Assembly: GCA_951406725.2 (NCBI GenBank)
Contig: OX597818.1
Span: forward strand, 84,134,001 to 84,198,000
From: Octopus vulgaris
Taxonomy: Eukaryota
Reading direction: 5' to 3'
Length of the DNA stretch: 64,000 nt
Shown here: positions 26,316 to 41,163 of the stretch, piece after piece
Numbering within the stretch: the stretch's first letter is position 1
Layout of the letters: each line of letters opens with the position of its first letter
Made by a program: the position numbers and the translations under genes
Notes under the pieces: generated by a model
Told to the model about the DNA's origin: nothing
Seen by the model: the letters and a program-made list of their open reading frames with translations, nothing else
Database searches by the model: none

Positions 26316-26569
26316 ACATAGACCTAGCTTCCAATAAGTATTTTGTATATATATACCTTTGATTTGCTTCAATCATTAGAATACCATCAGGCTGGCGCTC
26401 CACCTTCAGGAATTTTAGTCGTATGAGTGAACCCCCAGTACTTATTTTATGTTAGCCTGCACTTTAGTATTTATCTTGTAAGGCCCTTTTGCTGAACCGC
26501 TAGCTTACAGAGGCGTGAGCGGTGGTGGTGGAATACAAACACACACACACGCAAACACACATACGTTCG

Positions 26570-26625
<56 letters not shown>

Positions 26626-26729
26626 AATACACAAATATGTATACATACATACACATACACACGCACACACATAAATATATATATATATGCATGTATGTGT
26701 GTGTATATATGTATATATATATATATATG

Positions 26730-26784
<55 letters not shown>

Positions 26785-26928
26785 TAAATATACATCGTTG
26801 CACTTGTGCGCCCGACCTTGCAACCATTTTCGTATGAATGCCTTGCTACCAAGAAGCATGTGACACTAACATATAATTGCAGGGTTATACATGCGTATAT
26901 ATGTAGAGAGGCCGAGTGGTTAGATAGG

Positions 26929-26976
<48 letters not shown>

Positions 26977-27160
26977 CAGATAGATAGACACATAAGTAGA
27001 TAGGTGAGTAATTTTACTTCTAGTCATATATCTGCATATACTTATATACATATAAGTATGCACGTACGAAAGTACATACGTATGTACGTGCATTAGTATG
27101 TATGAGTGTTTGTATGTGTGTTTGTATAAATATATATATATATATATGTATGTATATGTA

Positions 27161-27234
<74 letters not shown>

Positions 27235-27750
27235 TGTATGTATGTATTTATGTACGTACGTATGCATATATTACTGTATGCATGTGTGTATGCATATATC
27301 TATATACATATGCACGTATGCATTTCTATGTTTGTGTGTCCATGGAAGGAAGTATATATCTATGCGTATATGTGTCATACATTTGTCTCTATGCGTTAGA
27401 AAAAGAGGCTTGCTTAATGGAGGTTACTTGAAACGTTTGATGTAAGTTTGCACCAAAGTGAACTCAACCTGAAATTCAGAAACCTCACTAAAAAAGTTAC
27501 GCATATACTTATAAATAAACCCATACATACGCATAAGAAAACACGAGCGCGCCCTCACGCACACACCAATTTTGCGCATATACATACATTAGTATTCTAT
27601 TTGTTTTAGATCATGTATTATGAAACACTTCAGTAGCATATTTGTTGAACAATTCACTTCGAGCATGTCCAAATATTCAACAAAAAACATAACATAAATG
27701 TAAAAGGAACTTCATTCAAAACTCCGGTGGTATACAGATAGGTACAGAGG

Positions 27751-27783
<33 letters not shown>

Positions 27784-28038
27784 AGAGACAGACAATGAGT
27801 GAGAGTGATAGAGATGCAGATGGAAGGAGAGATAGGGAGAAAGAGGCAGAGCGTTAGGGTGACGTAGGTGGATGCAAGGGTCGCCGAGATCATCACATGC
27901 TTCTCCAAAGGAATTCTTTCTTTGGTGATGTAATGAAAGATCTTGTTTATAAGAAAACAAGAACAAAATTTCTCAAAACAATTACTGTACTGAAGAAAAT
28001 GTAAATTATACATCTCCCATACATGTATCTATCTATCT

Positions 28039-28079
<41 letters not shown>

Positions 28080-28088
28080 CATATAAAC

Positions 28089-28121
<33 letters not shown>

Positions 28122-28251
28122 CATATATATATACATATATATATATACACATACATACATACACACACACACATATATATACAGATATATACATATATAT
28201 ATATTCATGTATATAATGCATATACCTATACACACACACACACACACACAT

Positions 28252-28299
<48 letters not shown>

Positions 28300-28639
28300 G
28301 TATATTTATGTATGTTAGTATTTATGCATGTATGTATGGATGAGGATGAACGTTGTGAACAAAAGTTGACAAGGCAGTGTTCAGTGCAGTCCATCAAGCA
28401 GAATTATTTACACTGAAATTGGAAGCTGAAAAATTTCCCAAGTATTGCTTCTATATTCTCGATTCCGATCGTCGGACAATCATGATAAACAGAAAAAGAA
28501 ATCCAATATTTATAATAGAACATGTAGAAAACATTCGAAGATGAAACAAAATAATTTGATTGTATATAACACGAACATGCTGTTAAAAGGATGGGTCGAT
28601 ATCGAATGGAAGCGTGGGTATTAAGTAGTGGGATGCATG

Positions 28640-29145
28640 TTGAAGGGAAATATGGGGTCGTCTCGAGAAGCTGAGTCTTTATTTCTTCCAACCTCGCCGT
28701 GAACGATATATCATTTGCATGATGTGCAAAATTTTCCAACAGCACTGCCCAAATGATCTTGACACCCACTTTAAATTTCACCTGATGCTTGGTAACCGTG
28801 TTATCCGCCGCCCTCTGCAAAAGTTATGTTCATATCATATCACAGCACTCAGACAGAACTAATTCCCCTCAGCTGGCTCCGCTCTCATTAACATCATACC
28901 AATATACATAGGAGAAGAAAAATATTCCCGAACGTTTAAACGGTTCCTGGACGAATATCTCCCACGAATTCCAGATAAGCCACCCATTCCCTCTGCATAT
29001 ATTAACTCTTTATTCGAATGGGCTATGGTGCCCAAAGAGTGACTTTTATGAAACAACTTTAAATGTTTTTCCAGGGTAGTGCTATTGAGTTAGACATGCC
29101 GTGGACGAATACTGGCCGAAACTTATCTTAGTATCTAAGTATGGC
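28640..29145 (+). mobile_element. CR1/L2-group LINE 3' end fragment
   Basis: Translates to WGRLEKLSLY..QPRRERYIICMMCKIFQQHCPND...FKRFLDEYLPRIPDKP...NSLFEWA, a post-RT C-terminus pattern, followed by a short repeat tail. Confidence 0.75.
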
Positions 29146-29558
29146 GAATTTGTGTAAATTGATAATAATAATCTTCATAAAATGAAATGTTTTGAACCGA
29201 ATGAACATTTTAAGGTTTAAATGTATAAACAAACAAATTTTATTTACATTAGATCACCCTGACTCCAAACATTCATTTGATTGACTGTCATCGAAAGTCT
29301 TTCTGGGCCAGGAGGACTGCATCATATATGTATTCGTATATTTTGTATACTAGATTATATTTTTATTTCATTTCCTCTCCTTTCCTGTTCTTCAAATTAT
29401 CTTTTATGTAAAACCCAACACAATTTCTTCGGTGGTGCCCCAGCATGGCCGCGGCCTTCGGGCTAAAACATTTTAAAGGATTTTTAAGGATTTAAGAATT
29501 ATTCTCTTCATTTATGCTCCTAGTTGAACATGTCACTTACAGGCTGGCGACAATAATA

Positions 29559-29732
29559 ACATCGAAAAATGAGAACCCAGGTTCGAAATTTCCCCAAGAC
29601 ACCTGATCTAAGGCTGGAGGGTATATCAACCGAAACATTGTGTTAACAACAAACAAGATGAGGACAAAAAAAAAACGAATAAAAAATAGAATAAAAGAAT
29701 AAATATCCGTCAAATGTAAATAATATAAATAA
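29559..29732 (+). mobile_element. Hammerhead-bearing tail of the 6-kb composite family (degenerate motif at 29599-29643)
   Basis: ACAC-CTGATCTA-AGGCTG...CAACC-GAAA-CATT-GTGT, with flanks matching 6260-6360 and the reverse complement of 5921-6000. Confidence 0.7.
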
Positions 29733-30944
29733 CAAGTACCGTAATTTATAAATGTATTTTTCTACAAACATATCAGTCGGAAACGGCTAGTCATGCAGAT
29801 GCGGAAGGTGCAATAAATGAGATCGTGTCCGACATTCAGCACACCTGTAGAGGCAAACATTTTGAGGGGATTTCAGCGCCCTTTCAGAAGGAAGCTCTCA
29901 CCACCAAACACTCTGTGATTCACTGTCGCAGCGAAATATATGTGCTCCATCCATGATATTTAGGAAGGGGGCGTTGGGGATAAAACCTCAATAATTCCAC
30001 CGGAGGTTAATTTATGCTGGATTTTGGCGTGTATCGTTTTGGAAGGGAGTAAAAATCTCCTGGGGGTAAAGCGGACCCGTCCTGAAAATTGGTCTAACAT
30101 CCATATGGAAGAGCTACTCCACATAAAACCAGAAAGGATCCAGAAGATCCCAGACCTCATTCGCCTTTCTGGAGGAGAGGTATTGCACCTTACGGTTTAG
30201 GGAAGAAATCCACAGTGCCATCTAAGAGGGGAGACTTGCCAAATGAGAGCTTTTTACCCCCAACATAAAACAGGGAATAATAGAATCCTCTTACTACCAG
30301 CAGGAGGTCCTCAAAAGCCTGAACAGCTAAACAGGCAATGAACTACAACAAAAGTGGCACCAACTCTGGCAACAAGGACTTCATGAACTACAGGAACAAT
30401 AAAAACCAGCTTATTGCTGGAAGAAAACCAACAACAGCACTATCAGAAACACCAAAAAGACGAACAACACCTGCAGCAGATGCATAACCAAAGACTTCAA
30501 CAGCAGAAAGCTCCACAAGTCAGCAATTCTCTGTGACATTGGAGGAGTACATACAGAATGGTTTCATCGCCCTGCGCCCATTTCGGACAGATCCGCCTGA
30601 CAGCACTTCTGTGCCTGTAGAGTTTGTCTCGAACCGGCAGAGCATAAGAGTGAGATATGGGAAACATTTTTAGAGAACCAGCACATATCGTTTGCTAGTT
30701 CCTAAGTCTAAATAAATAGATTTTTTTATCGTTTCAATTAATCTTTATGTCACCAATTAATATGTACAGGTTATTTTTTTTAGTTTCTTCCGTCTGAATA
30801 TCTCATATACAATTTGATGGTGGGCGTAACAGCGTGTCTTATTGTTCCGACTTACTAAGTTAATCAACGATTAACATTGACTAACATACGTACAATAGAA
30901 ACAGCCACGGTGATGATGATAATGATAATAATAATGATAACAAC

Positions 30945-31015
<71 letters not shown>

Positions 31016-31724
31016 CAACAACAACAACAACAACAATACCAGGAGGTATGACAGCAGATATGAGGATGACAGCGACAATCATATGATGATGATGCTCATG
31101 ATGATAAAAAAAGAGGAGGATGGTGATGATGACTATGATGACGACATTGATGATGATGGATATATGAAGGCGGATGAAGGGGAGGAGAATGATGAGGAAG
31201 AATGTGATGAGATAGAGGATGATAATGAAAATAATGATAATGGTGATGGTGTTGAGGAATAGTGGTGATAGTGATAACGGTGAATGATGATTATGAGGAG
31301 GGTAAGGGAGGATAAGAAGGAGTAGGAAGAGAAGGAGGAGAAGAAGGAGGTGAAGGTTGCAAATAAGTAGGGAGAAAAGGAGGGGTAGTAGGAGAAGAAG
31401 GGTAGGAGGAGAAGGAGCAGGAGTAGAACGTCGATGAGAACGAGGAGGAGGAAGGAAGGAAGTAGAGGTAGATGACATTGACTAAGAGAAACTTTATTCT
31501 ATGTTTAGTTAACCCAAGGAAACTAAATGATCTTTCGTGAAGTTTCTTAAAAGATTTTATCTAATTTCTTCTTTTTCCTTTCCTCTTCTTCTCCTCCTTT
31601 TAATTTCATTTTTCTCCTTCATTTTCCTTTCCTTTATTTTTTCATTTCTACTTCCATTTTTAATTCTGCTTTCTTACTTCTATTATTTCTTTTGCACGAG
31701 TTTCGTAGACTTCTTTTACTCCCC

Positions 31725-32080
31725 CTTCTTCTTCTTCTTCTTCTTCTTCTTCTTCTTCTTCTTCTTCTTCTTCTTCTTCTTCTTCTTCTTCTTCTTCTTC
31801 TTCTTCTTCTTCATTATCTTTTTCCTCTTCCCAGCCTTCTCCTTCGTCTTCTTCTTTTCCCCCTCCTCCTTCCTCTTTCTCTTATTTTTCTTCTTTTTCT
31901 TCCGCCTCCTATTTCTGCCTCGTCTCCTCCAACCTCCTCTTTCCTCTTTTCTTCTTCCATTCTTCCCTTCCTTCCCTCCTCCTCTTCATCATCATCATCA
32001 TCATCATCATAATCCTCTCCTTCTTCTTCTTCTTCTTCTTCTTCTTCTTCTTCTTCTTCTTCTTCTTCTTCTTCTTCTTT
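31725..32080 (+). repeat. (CTT)n/(CAT)n polypyrimidine tracts
   Basis: Directly visible; a purine-rich GGA/GAT tract precedes it at about 31.1-31.5 kb. Confidence 0.95.
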
Positions 32081-32432
32081 TTCGTTTCTCTGCAGTTTCT
32101 TCATAGAGTTTCTTTGATGAAGCTTATGTTGATGATGATGCCATAAGAACAATAACGAGAGCAGTAACATTGTCCTGTAGTTCTGTGAATTCTTACACCT
32201 GCACATCGATCGTATGTATTTTTTTTCTTCAATGGCCTGTGAGGGTATCATAGCAGATAATATCAATGACATTCCTGAAAATAACAGCAAAACACACAGT
32301 ATCACACATCATGTATCGCCGGAAGTGCAATACTGTCCTTCATTATCTCTCTCTCTCTCTCTCTCTCTCTCCCTCTCCCGCAATATATATTGTTTGAGTG
32401 CTGGCATATATGTATACATGCATATATATATA

Positions 32433-32673
32433 CAAACTCACAGACACCCACACACACATGCGCGCACACACACACACACACAGATACACACACCTCCACA
32501 AAACAATCATAAAAAGAATTCTTCTTCCTTAAACCCAAAAAACCATTTGACCATCCCTATTATTATTACATCAGAGGATCAGCGTGCTAAGATTGTACCC
32601 GTTTAACTCCTCAATCTGGATATATATATGTGCGTGTCTGTGTGCGTATGTGTGTGTATATATACATATATTT

Positions 32674-32710
<37 letters not shown>

Positions 32711-32927
32711 CGCAGGCGTGTCTGTATGGTAAGAAGATTGCCTCCCAATCACATAGTTCCGGGTTCAGTCCCAATGTGTGTGGCACCTTGTCAAGTATCT
32801 TTTATTATAGCCTTGGGCCGACCAAAGCCTTGTGAGTGGCTTTGGTAGACGGAAACTGAAAGAACACCGTCGTATATATATATATATATATATATATACA
32901 TACATATATATATACGAATATATATAC

Positions 32928-32986
<59 letters not shown>

Positions 32987-33719
32987 TAGATAGATATATA
33001 GATATATATATACATATATATGCATATATACCTTTCATAAACACGCACAAACCTGGAGTTGCCAACATGTTCCAAATCATACATTCAAACCTGCCAATGG
33101 CCTTACAATGCCCCAAAATGGAAAATATACTAAACAAATATTGCATAAAAAAACAGAAGACGACAAGACAAAACCTAAAGAAACATCTAACAAGAGCGAA
33201 ATTCTCATCAGAAACTAGAACTGAATTATTTGTACAAGAGTGCGGAGATGGTAGATGTGGGATCTGCAGCAACCCCACCTTCAAATACATAGAGGGAGAC
33301 AAAGAAATGAAATTTAAAAGTGGTCACGTATTTAAAGTAAATGCAGATATGAACTGCAAGATGCAGAACGTAATATACTGCATAACCTGCCCCATGTGCA
33401 ACGAGGATTACATAGGTAAAACTGGAAATTCTTTGTGCCAGCGAGCCAGGATTCACCGACAACATGTTCGGCAGGAAAGACTGCGCCAGATACCACTGAG
33501 TACACACCTAGCTACATGTGGAGAAGGAAACTTTAAGATCTTTCCCTTCTACAAATGTCCGAAGAACGACACCTCTTTCAGGAGGAATATGGGAAAATAT
33601 TTCATAACTAAGTCTCCCCCAAATTGAATGGCTGAAAATATCTCTATAATAAGCTGTACCAGACGAAGGACCAAATTTACTAAGTAAACTGTATTAAACA
33701 CACATACACACACACACAC

Positions 33720-33769
<50 letters not shown>

Positions 33770-34614
33770 TTCTACACATATGTTTTGATTTTTGGAAAAT
33801 ACAACATTGAACAAAGGATATTCTAATATTTGAATGAAATCCTTTCACTTTAATTTGTGGAACCAGTTGCTCCTGTATGATAAAACTTAATATTTATTTA
33901 ATCAGTAAGATATTAGACTAAATCAATTGAAGATCAGACAACAGACTCAGTAGTTGTCAGTTTGTATTCTGTTATTTGTAACTTCAACACAAGAGAGTAT
34001 ATTTTTCAAGTATGGACTTTATGAAATTTTACTCATCATACATTGAAGGACAAATCTTTCAATTTACAATTTAATATAGTGGAGCATTTAGTATATGTGT
34101 GTATATATATATATATATTACCTATTATATACTTTATATTATTTTTGTAATTTACTTAAACTTTACTTTTTAATTGTCATTTTAATTTTAACTTTTCTAT
34201 GATATGTAATTTTCTAGATGGTGTAATTTAATTATTCATTTTGAATTGATAAAAGGTGTTTTTTTCTAATATTTTAGATATATATATGTATGTACATATA
34301 TATAGTGGTATAAATATCAACACAATTATTTCTCCTTCCTCCTTTTTTTCCTCTTCTCCTTTCTTCCCTTCTCCAAACTCACAGACCCCCACACACACAT
34401 GCGCGCACACACACACACACACAGATACACACACCTCCACAAAACAATCATAAAAAGAATTCTTCTTCCTTAAACCCAAAAAACCATTTGACCATCCCTA
34501 TTATTATTACATCAGAGGATCAGCGTGCTAAGATTGTACCCGTTTAACTCCTCAATCTGGATATATATATGTGCGTGTCTGTGTGCGTATGTGTGTGTAT
34601 ATATACATATATTT

Positions 34615-34649
<35 letters not shown>

Positions 34650-34811
34650 CGCAGGCGTGTCTGTATGGTAAGAAGATTGCCTCCCAATCACATAGTTCCG
34701 GGTTCAGTCCCAATGTGTGTGGCACCTTGTCAAGTATCTTTTATTATAGCCTTGGGCCGACCAAAGCCTTGTGAGTGGCTTTGGTAGACGGAAACTGAAA
34801 GAACACCGTCG

Positions 34812-34832
<21 letters not shown>
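32433..34832 (+). repeat. About 455-bp near-identical direct duplication (32433-32892 and 34374-34832)
   Basis: Same unique text in both copies (CCTCCACAAAACAATCATAAAAAGAATTC...GAAAGAACACCGTCG), including the 5' half of a family A SINE. Confidence 0.95.
33067..33627 (+). pseudogene. Penelope-like (Neptune-type) linker plus GIY-YIG endonuclease, 5'-truncated
   Basis: [10 protein letters not shown]...CGDGRCGIC...MNCKMQNVIYCITCPMCNEDYIGKTGNSLCQRARIHRQH...LSTHLATC contains the Cys-rich linker, VIY...YIG, the conserved Arg and CCHH residues. No RT is present upstream. Confidence 0.9.
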
Positions 34833-34869
<37 letters not shown>

Positions 34870-34880
34870 GTGTGTGTGTG

Positions 34881-34913
<33 letters not shown>

Positions 34914-35150
34914 ATGTGTGTCTATCTTTCTGTGTGTGTGCCTTTATGTGTGTGTTTGTCCACCCTCCCCCCATTACCACAGGTGTTTGTTTTCCCGTGA
35001 CAGCGGTTTGGCAAACTATACCAATAGAATAAGTACTAGGCTTAAAAAAGAAAATAAGTCCTGGGGTCGATTTGGTCGACTAAAACCCTTCATATCGGTG
35101 CTCCAGCATGGTCGCAGTCAAGTGACTGAAACAAGTAAAAGAATAAAAGA
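34648..35150 (+). mobile_element. SINE family A, full length (5' half duplicated at 32709-32872)
   Basis: GGCGCAGGCGTGTCTGTATGGTAAG...GACTGAAACAAGTAAAAGAATAAAAG. Confidence 0.85.
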
Positions 35151-35203
35151 ATATATATGCTGTGCGTGCGTGCGTGTCTGTATGTATATTATATATATAT
35201 ATA

Positions 35204-35238
<35 letters not shown>

Positions 35239-35899
35239 ATTTATGTATATGTGTATGCATGTATGTATCGGTCGAAAGGTACTGGCGTCTATTTGTTCGA
35301 CTAAACCTTTCGAGGTGGTCCTATAGCATGGCCACAATGATCCAATGTCTGAAGCAGTCAAAAGATAAAAGCTATGTGAGGTAATTAATTATTGCTAGAG
35401 AAGAAATATTAACAGCTCATCTGAGAATACTTCTGTTGATAGGAATTATACTGTATTATACTGTATGTAGAATAAAGTTCAATGAAGTAATTAAGTTAAT
35501 ATTGATAGGTTATATACCACTTATATTTCTGGTGTAAGGAAGCCATATTAACGAAATATATATAATGAATCATTTATGTCTGGTAAAAAGTGAGAAATAA
35601 AAGATATAGAGTTAACTCAGTTGTGAGAATTTTCACATACATCTAAGGACTGATGGTTTATAGATGATACTTGAAAGAAAATATATGTATATTATTCACG
35701 TACATCTAGAGAGTGATTATATTTATAAATGGTACTAAAAGAATCAATCTGTCTGTTCAGTTGGAAATATTAAATTTGACACGGGTCAAACGATTATTGA
35801 TGGTAATTAAATTTAAATGAATTTAAGAAATAAGAGCCATCTTTTGGCCAAGAAGACCTGATTAAATGATGATCTTTCCCTTTTCCCTAAATTTTGTGG

Positions 35900-36870
35900 G
35901 TTGTATAAATGCTTAACAACCACAATATGGCAGAATATTTGGTAAACAGCAAACAAGACCTGCTTCAGTATGCTGCTAGTGCAGAACGAGTTAACAAAAA
36001 TGAACTTCAGAGTGCTCATGAATTGCGATCAAGAACAGCCAAAGAGAGAAAAGAAACCATGCTCCATAAGGAATTACTTGGTCAGTTCCACCGTGAAACC
36101 AACAAATTAAAAGACCAGGAAGCATAATGGAGGTGGCTCAACAAGGGTGACCTAAAAAAGAATACTGAAAGTCTAATCATCGCGGCCCAGGACCAGGCAT
36201 TGAATACCAACTCAGTGAAAAAGAATATATACCACATGAATGCATGGAACCTCAGCAGAATGTGTAGGAAAAGAGTCGAAAGCGTGACTCATATTGTTAG
36301 TGCTTGTGAAAGTCTTGCGCAGAAAGAGTACAAGCGTAGACACGACAAGGTAGTCCAAAATCTCCACTGGCTACTATGCCGTAAGTATTGATAAGAGGTT
36401 ACGGGTGCTTGCTACCAACATATACCGGAAAAGGTGACGGATGAAAAGGGGAAGGTAAAAATTCTCTGGGTCTTTGATTTCCAGACAGACAAGGTGTTAG
36501 AGCAGCGAAGGCCGGATGTAGTAACCTTTAGGAGGGACAAAAAAGAATACTTAATAATCGACATGGCAGTGCCAAGAGATCAACACATCATAAAAGAAAG
36601 AGAAAATCTCGGTAAATATGGAGACCTGAGAATTGAGATCGCTAAGATGTGGCAGCTACGAGAGTCAAAAAATAAAGGTTATCCCTATTGTCATTGGAGT
36701 ATCGGAGCAATCTACATGTACTGTAAAAGTCGGCATCACTTGGAGCTACACGAAAATTGTGTAAAATACTGTCTGTCTGAAATCCTTGTTGTGACTTGAC
36801 AAACAGTACAAAACCCCGGCAGACAATATCTTCAATCAACAATTTTATGATATTGTGTACTGTGCGACTT
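35900..36870 (+). mobile_element. Dong/R4-type RLE LINE 3' fragment
   Basis: WRWLNKGDLKKNTESLIIAAQDQAL...RMC...ESVTHIVSAC...YKRRHDKV...LHW...FQTDKVLEQRRPDVV...IIDMAVP...KYGDL (CCHC plus PD-D endonuclease), followed by (AAT)n. Confidence 0.9.
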
Positions 36871-36887
36871 CTATAATAATAATAATG

Positions 36888-36972
<85 letters not shown>

Positions 36973-37221
36973 CGACGACGATGATGATGATGATGATGAT
37001 TTCTTTTACTATCCACAGAGGCATAGATGACGTGGATATCACAAAGGCAGACAATACTTACTGAGAAAATTTACATAAAGAATGGACAGAAAGAAATGGC
37101 AAAATTTAAGTATAGACATTATACAGATAATATGTGATAGCATGAATGAAGCTATCCTTCTGATACAGGAAAAAGTACCAGTAGGACTATTCAAGGAATC
37201 CAACAGAAGCAGGATCACTTG

Positions 37222-39355
37222 ACCATCAAGGAGGAGGCATGATTTTTGTCTGAAGTCTTTCCATATAATGTCTGGCCTATTCGCATCTATATTTCTGTCA
37301 GTTTGAATGCTAAAGTTCCAGAGGGGTGAGATGCGGTCATTTCCATGCACTGGAGGTGGTTTGTGTTCCCACCAGTTTTTATCATGGGACAGGTCCAGGT
37401 TTTTGTAAATTACCCAATGAATATACTGTGTTACTCTATCATGTCTGTTGAGATACTCTGTAGGCACAAGAAGACTGCACATGGAGACAACATGATCAAT
37501 GGTTTCATTTTGTTGTTGACATACACAACATATTGGGAAGCTGCTGTTTTTTAATATGCTGGCCTGGTAGTTCCTTGTTGGTAGGCATTGATCTTGGGCT
37601 GCAATGATAAACCCTTCTGCTCCTGATTTTACGCCAGAAGACATTAACCATTGATGGATAAGGGCTTTGTCAGCATCGGCACTTTTAGCTCTCTTTGGGT
37701 ATTTGCCATTGAGAGGTATGTCTTGCCATTTATCAGTAAGAATATCAAAGGCAGCAGTTTTAGCACGGGTTTTCATACGCTTAGATTTTTCTGTCCTTGT
37801 TTCTAGTACATCTAATTCTGGAATTTATTGTATTCGGAATTCACTTAGATATTCCTTTGCCTGTTTTGTTACTGAGTACGACGATTTCTTATTTTCATAC
37901 TTTGGGACAAGTTTTAACATCCAATCATCAGAGTTTTCATGTAGTTATCTAGGCCAATTGTAGCAATCTTCATTGTTAATTCCAATTGTAAATGTCCACG
38001 GCCATCCTCTTTCTATATCTACCTTAGGGCGGTGCATTCTATGCATTGTCAACAAGTTTTGTATTTTTCTGTCAATATTACCTATTTCATTAAGTGACCA
38101 GTTAATGGTGTTAAAACTGTAAGTCCCGACCGATATAGCTAAAGCATTAATCGCTCCGATCCTGTTTCTTGCATTCAGTATATCTTGATTATTGCCCTTA
38201 CCATGCGATAACATTCTCTTCTGACCCTTTCCCTCATCACTGAATGTTTGATTCCGTCCTCTTCGTAACTCTGCACTGGTTCTAACTCCTTTATGACATT
38301 CTACTGGTCAATATTAACATTGGATGCTTCTGCTATTTTTCTTTTGATAAAGGTAGCTTTTGCACATTAATCGAGGCCAAATTGCATCCTGTCGTCATCA
38401 CTGAATTCTTTAACAATCGCTAGTAAGCCCTGTAGTTGCCGGTCATTTTTTGCAAAGTGTAGGTGCTATTTTGTACATCATCGAGCAATTTCGAGAGATG
38501 TATTTAGGCTAGACAAAAGAGGAGTGGTGATAGTGAGTCACCCTGGAAAGTGCCACATGAAATTCTTACATCTCCAGCATTCAGAGATTCATTGTTACTG
38601 TTCAAAGTCAGTGTGGTTCTCCATGATCTCATTCTTACAGAAAAGAGGTTTCGCAGACTAGCTGCTATTTTATACATATACAGACATTTCTTAATCCAGT
38701 TATGTGGTAGACTATCATAAGCTTTTTTATAGTCTTTGCAGGCTATCGAAAAGTTTTTGTGTCGTTTCCGAGTCTTCCAAGATCATCTTATTGATGAGTA
38801 ACTAATATTTACAACAATAGGACCCACGTTTACATCATTTTTGCTCAATAGAGAATATGCCACTTTCTATCAAAATAACTATAGGTATATTCAGTCAAGA
38901 CAGATGTTAGTATTATATACATTGTTGTTAAGCAGGTTATGGGTCTATAATTTTTTGGTTCATTTGTTTCTTCATTTTTGGGTTCATTTGTTTCTTCATT
39001 TTTTGGAAGTAGGGATGTTACACTATTAACCAAGCAAAACATTGTTGTAAAGATTTGTTAGCAGTTCGTTGCTCTCTGGAAATACATTCAAACAGAAGTT
39101 AGGAATTTTATCCTTTCCTGGAGAATTCCATTTGCTTAACTTCCTGAGGGTAGATCTTACATCCTCTACCTTGATACCCCCAATTTTGCTCTTCTAAGGA
39201 GTCTAAGTCTGTAGATATTCTATCAATCTAAGCTGCCTTTTCATTGTGTGTTTTTCTTCTGCCCAAATTTTATGCCAAAACTCCTGCGCTTCCTCTTTTG
39301 ATGGGACAGACTTTACTGTAACTGGTATTGGGACAGACATTACTGTAACTGGTAT
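37222..39355 (-). mobile_element. Dong/R4-type RLE LINE (RT, CCHC, RLE), disrupted
   Basis: SKWNSPGKDKIPNF, LLPK..NYRPITCL, DYKKAYDSLPHNWI, GTFQGDSLSPLLFCLA, FIIAAQDQ, CCVC..ETIDHVVSMC, RHD, IQTDRNIDANRPDII. Confidence 0.92.
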
Positions 39356-39380
39356 TTATATCATTATTATTATTATTATT

Positions 39381-39488
<108 letters not shown>

Positions 39489-40011
39489 GAGTAAGAGAGC
39501 AGTGCATGCCATCAAAGTGACACTGGGATAAAATATACGAAGCCCAGTATAACCATCATGACTACCTATTTGATAAGGGTACACCAGGCATGCATCACAA
39601 CCATATGAGCGCGACATGGCGATCTCATATCAAGATAAACAGCGCATGACCTTGCAGGTGGGGGCCTAGTTAGAATTTTCTTCTGGTCGAGTAGCCCATC
39701 CCGATCAAAAAGTCCCTGAATACAGATTGTTTAAGGATGCTGACGAACCACCCATGTTTCCAAAGGTGAATTATCCAACAAACGGCTATGATGCTACTTC
39801 TGCTCATGATCAGAGATGTACATATCGTCAGCCACCAAGGGACATGGTCAACTGGTTAAGGTCAAACAACTGACAAGCAAACCTGCGGTATTGAGCAGAA
39901 TATTTGCTGTAGCCCTTCTTTTATACCAAGAGAAATCAACGTACATGATAACACTACAAATCAGTTAAGATCAGAAGCCATGAGAACCACTGTCTGGTAC
40001 CGCATCTGGAA

Positions 40012-40012
<1 letters not shown>
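39489..40012. mobile_element. Non-coding interspersed repeat inserted in (ATT)n
   Basis: Flanked by (ATT)n on both sides. An internal piece (GGTATTGAGCAGAATATTTGCTGTAGCCC) recurs at about 6000-6042, which shows it is repetitive. Confidence 0.6.
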
Positions 40013-40074
<62 letters not shown>

Positions 40075-40104
40075 CATTATTAATATCATCATCATCATCA
40101 TCAT

Positions 40105-40161
<57 letters not shown>

Positions 40162-41101
40162 TCTATTAGTCCTCATAATCACCTTGTAATAGCCTCAAGT
40201 GATTGTATACTGCACTAGCGATGGAGTAATGCCTTCTTGCAATATATGGCCTCCCATTCTTCTGGTGTTGCAGTGTGGATCGCGTACTCGGCTGATCGTA
40301 AGACAAAGTGTCATATATATATATCATTTCGTGACGTCTCTTAACAATCCAATACAGAATGTTATCGTATTTACTATTCTTCTTTTCCGAGATCGATATG
40401 ATAAGTAACATTCAAGGACTTGGGTCAGTTGAAATGATTTATACTCTCACCATAAAATCTATATCTTTTCCGTCTAACGGAGTTCTTCTGGAATATTCGA
40501 TTTATCACATTTTTGCTTGCGCACATTGATCTACGATTGCTCAAACTGAATGTAAACTGAATCGATCTGACTAGTCTGGGGAAACCAGCGAAATTCTTAA
40601 GATCTAACTCGCTTCCTTTAACTGATGTTTCTATCTTTTATTAATTTTATTAATTTCAACAGCTTCAAGAAATAAAATTAATTATATTAATAATATTACT
40701 AAGACAAATAACGATAACAACAATTTTGCAATGTCGTAATTTGCATTTTCGTTGTTGTTTACAAAAGATAAAGCAAGGAATATTTTTTTTTTTAAATAGG
40801 AGAAAATTGATATTTAAAAAAAATAAATAAAACTTGAATAATTTCGTTTGAATGTTGCATGAAACAGTGTGAAAGAAAAAAAACAGAGACTTGTAAAAGA
40901 ATAAGGGTTTTTCTCTATCACTAGCAGCAATACAGGTGTTTTAGGATTTGAAATTTTTTTTTTTTTTTGCTTTTTTAATAGCATTCATAAAGAGACTATT
41001 AATGGTGCCATAGCAATCGTTAACTTTGAGCCACAATTCTAAAAAGTTTTCTGACGAACATTTCAATGAATACATTTTTAATTTTTCCTCTACTTCTTTT
41101 A

Positions 41102-41163
<62 letters not shown>

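Noticed and set aside
29870-30600. Possible LINE 5' region or exon
   Set aside because: GC content is higher, but I could not identify any motif with confidence.
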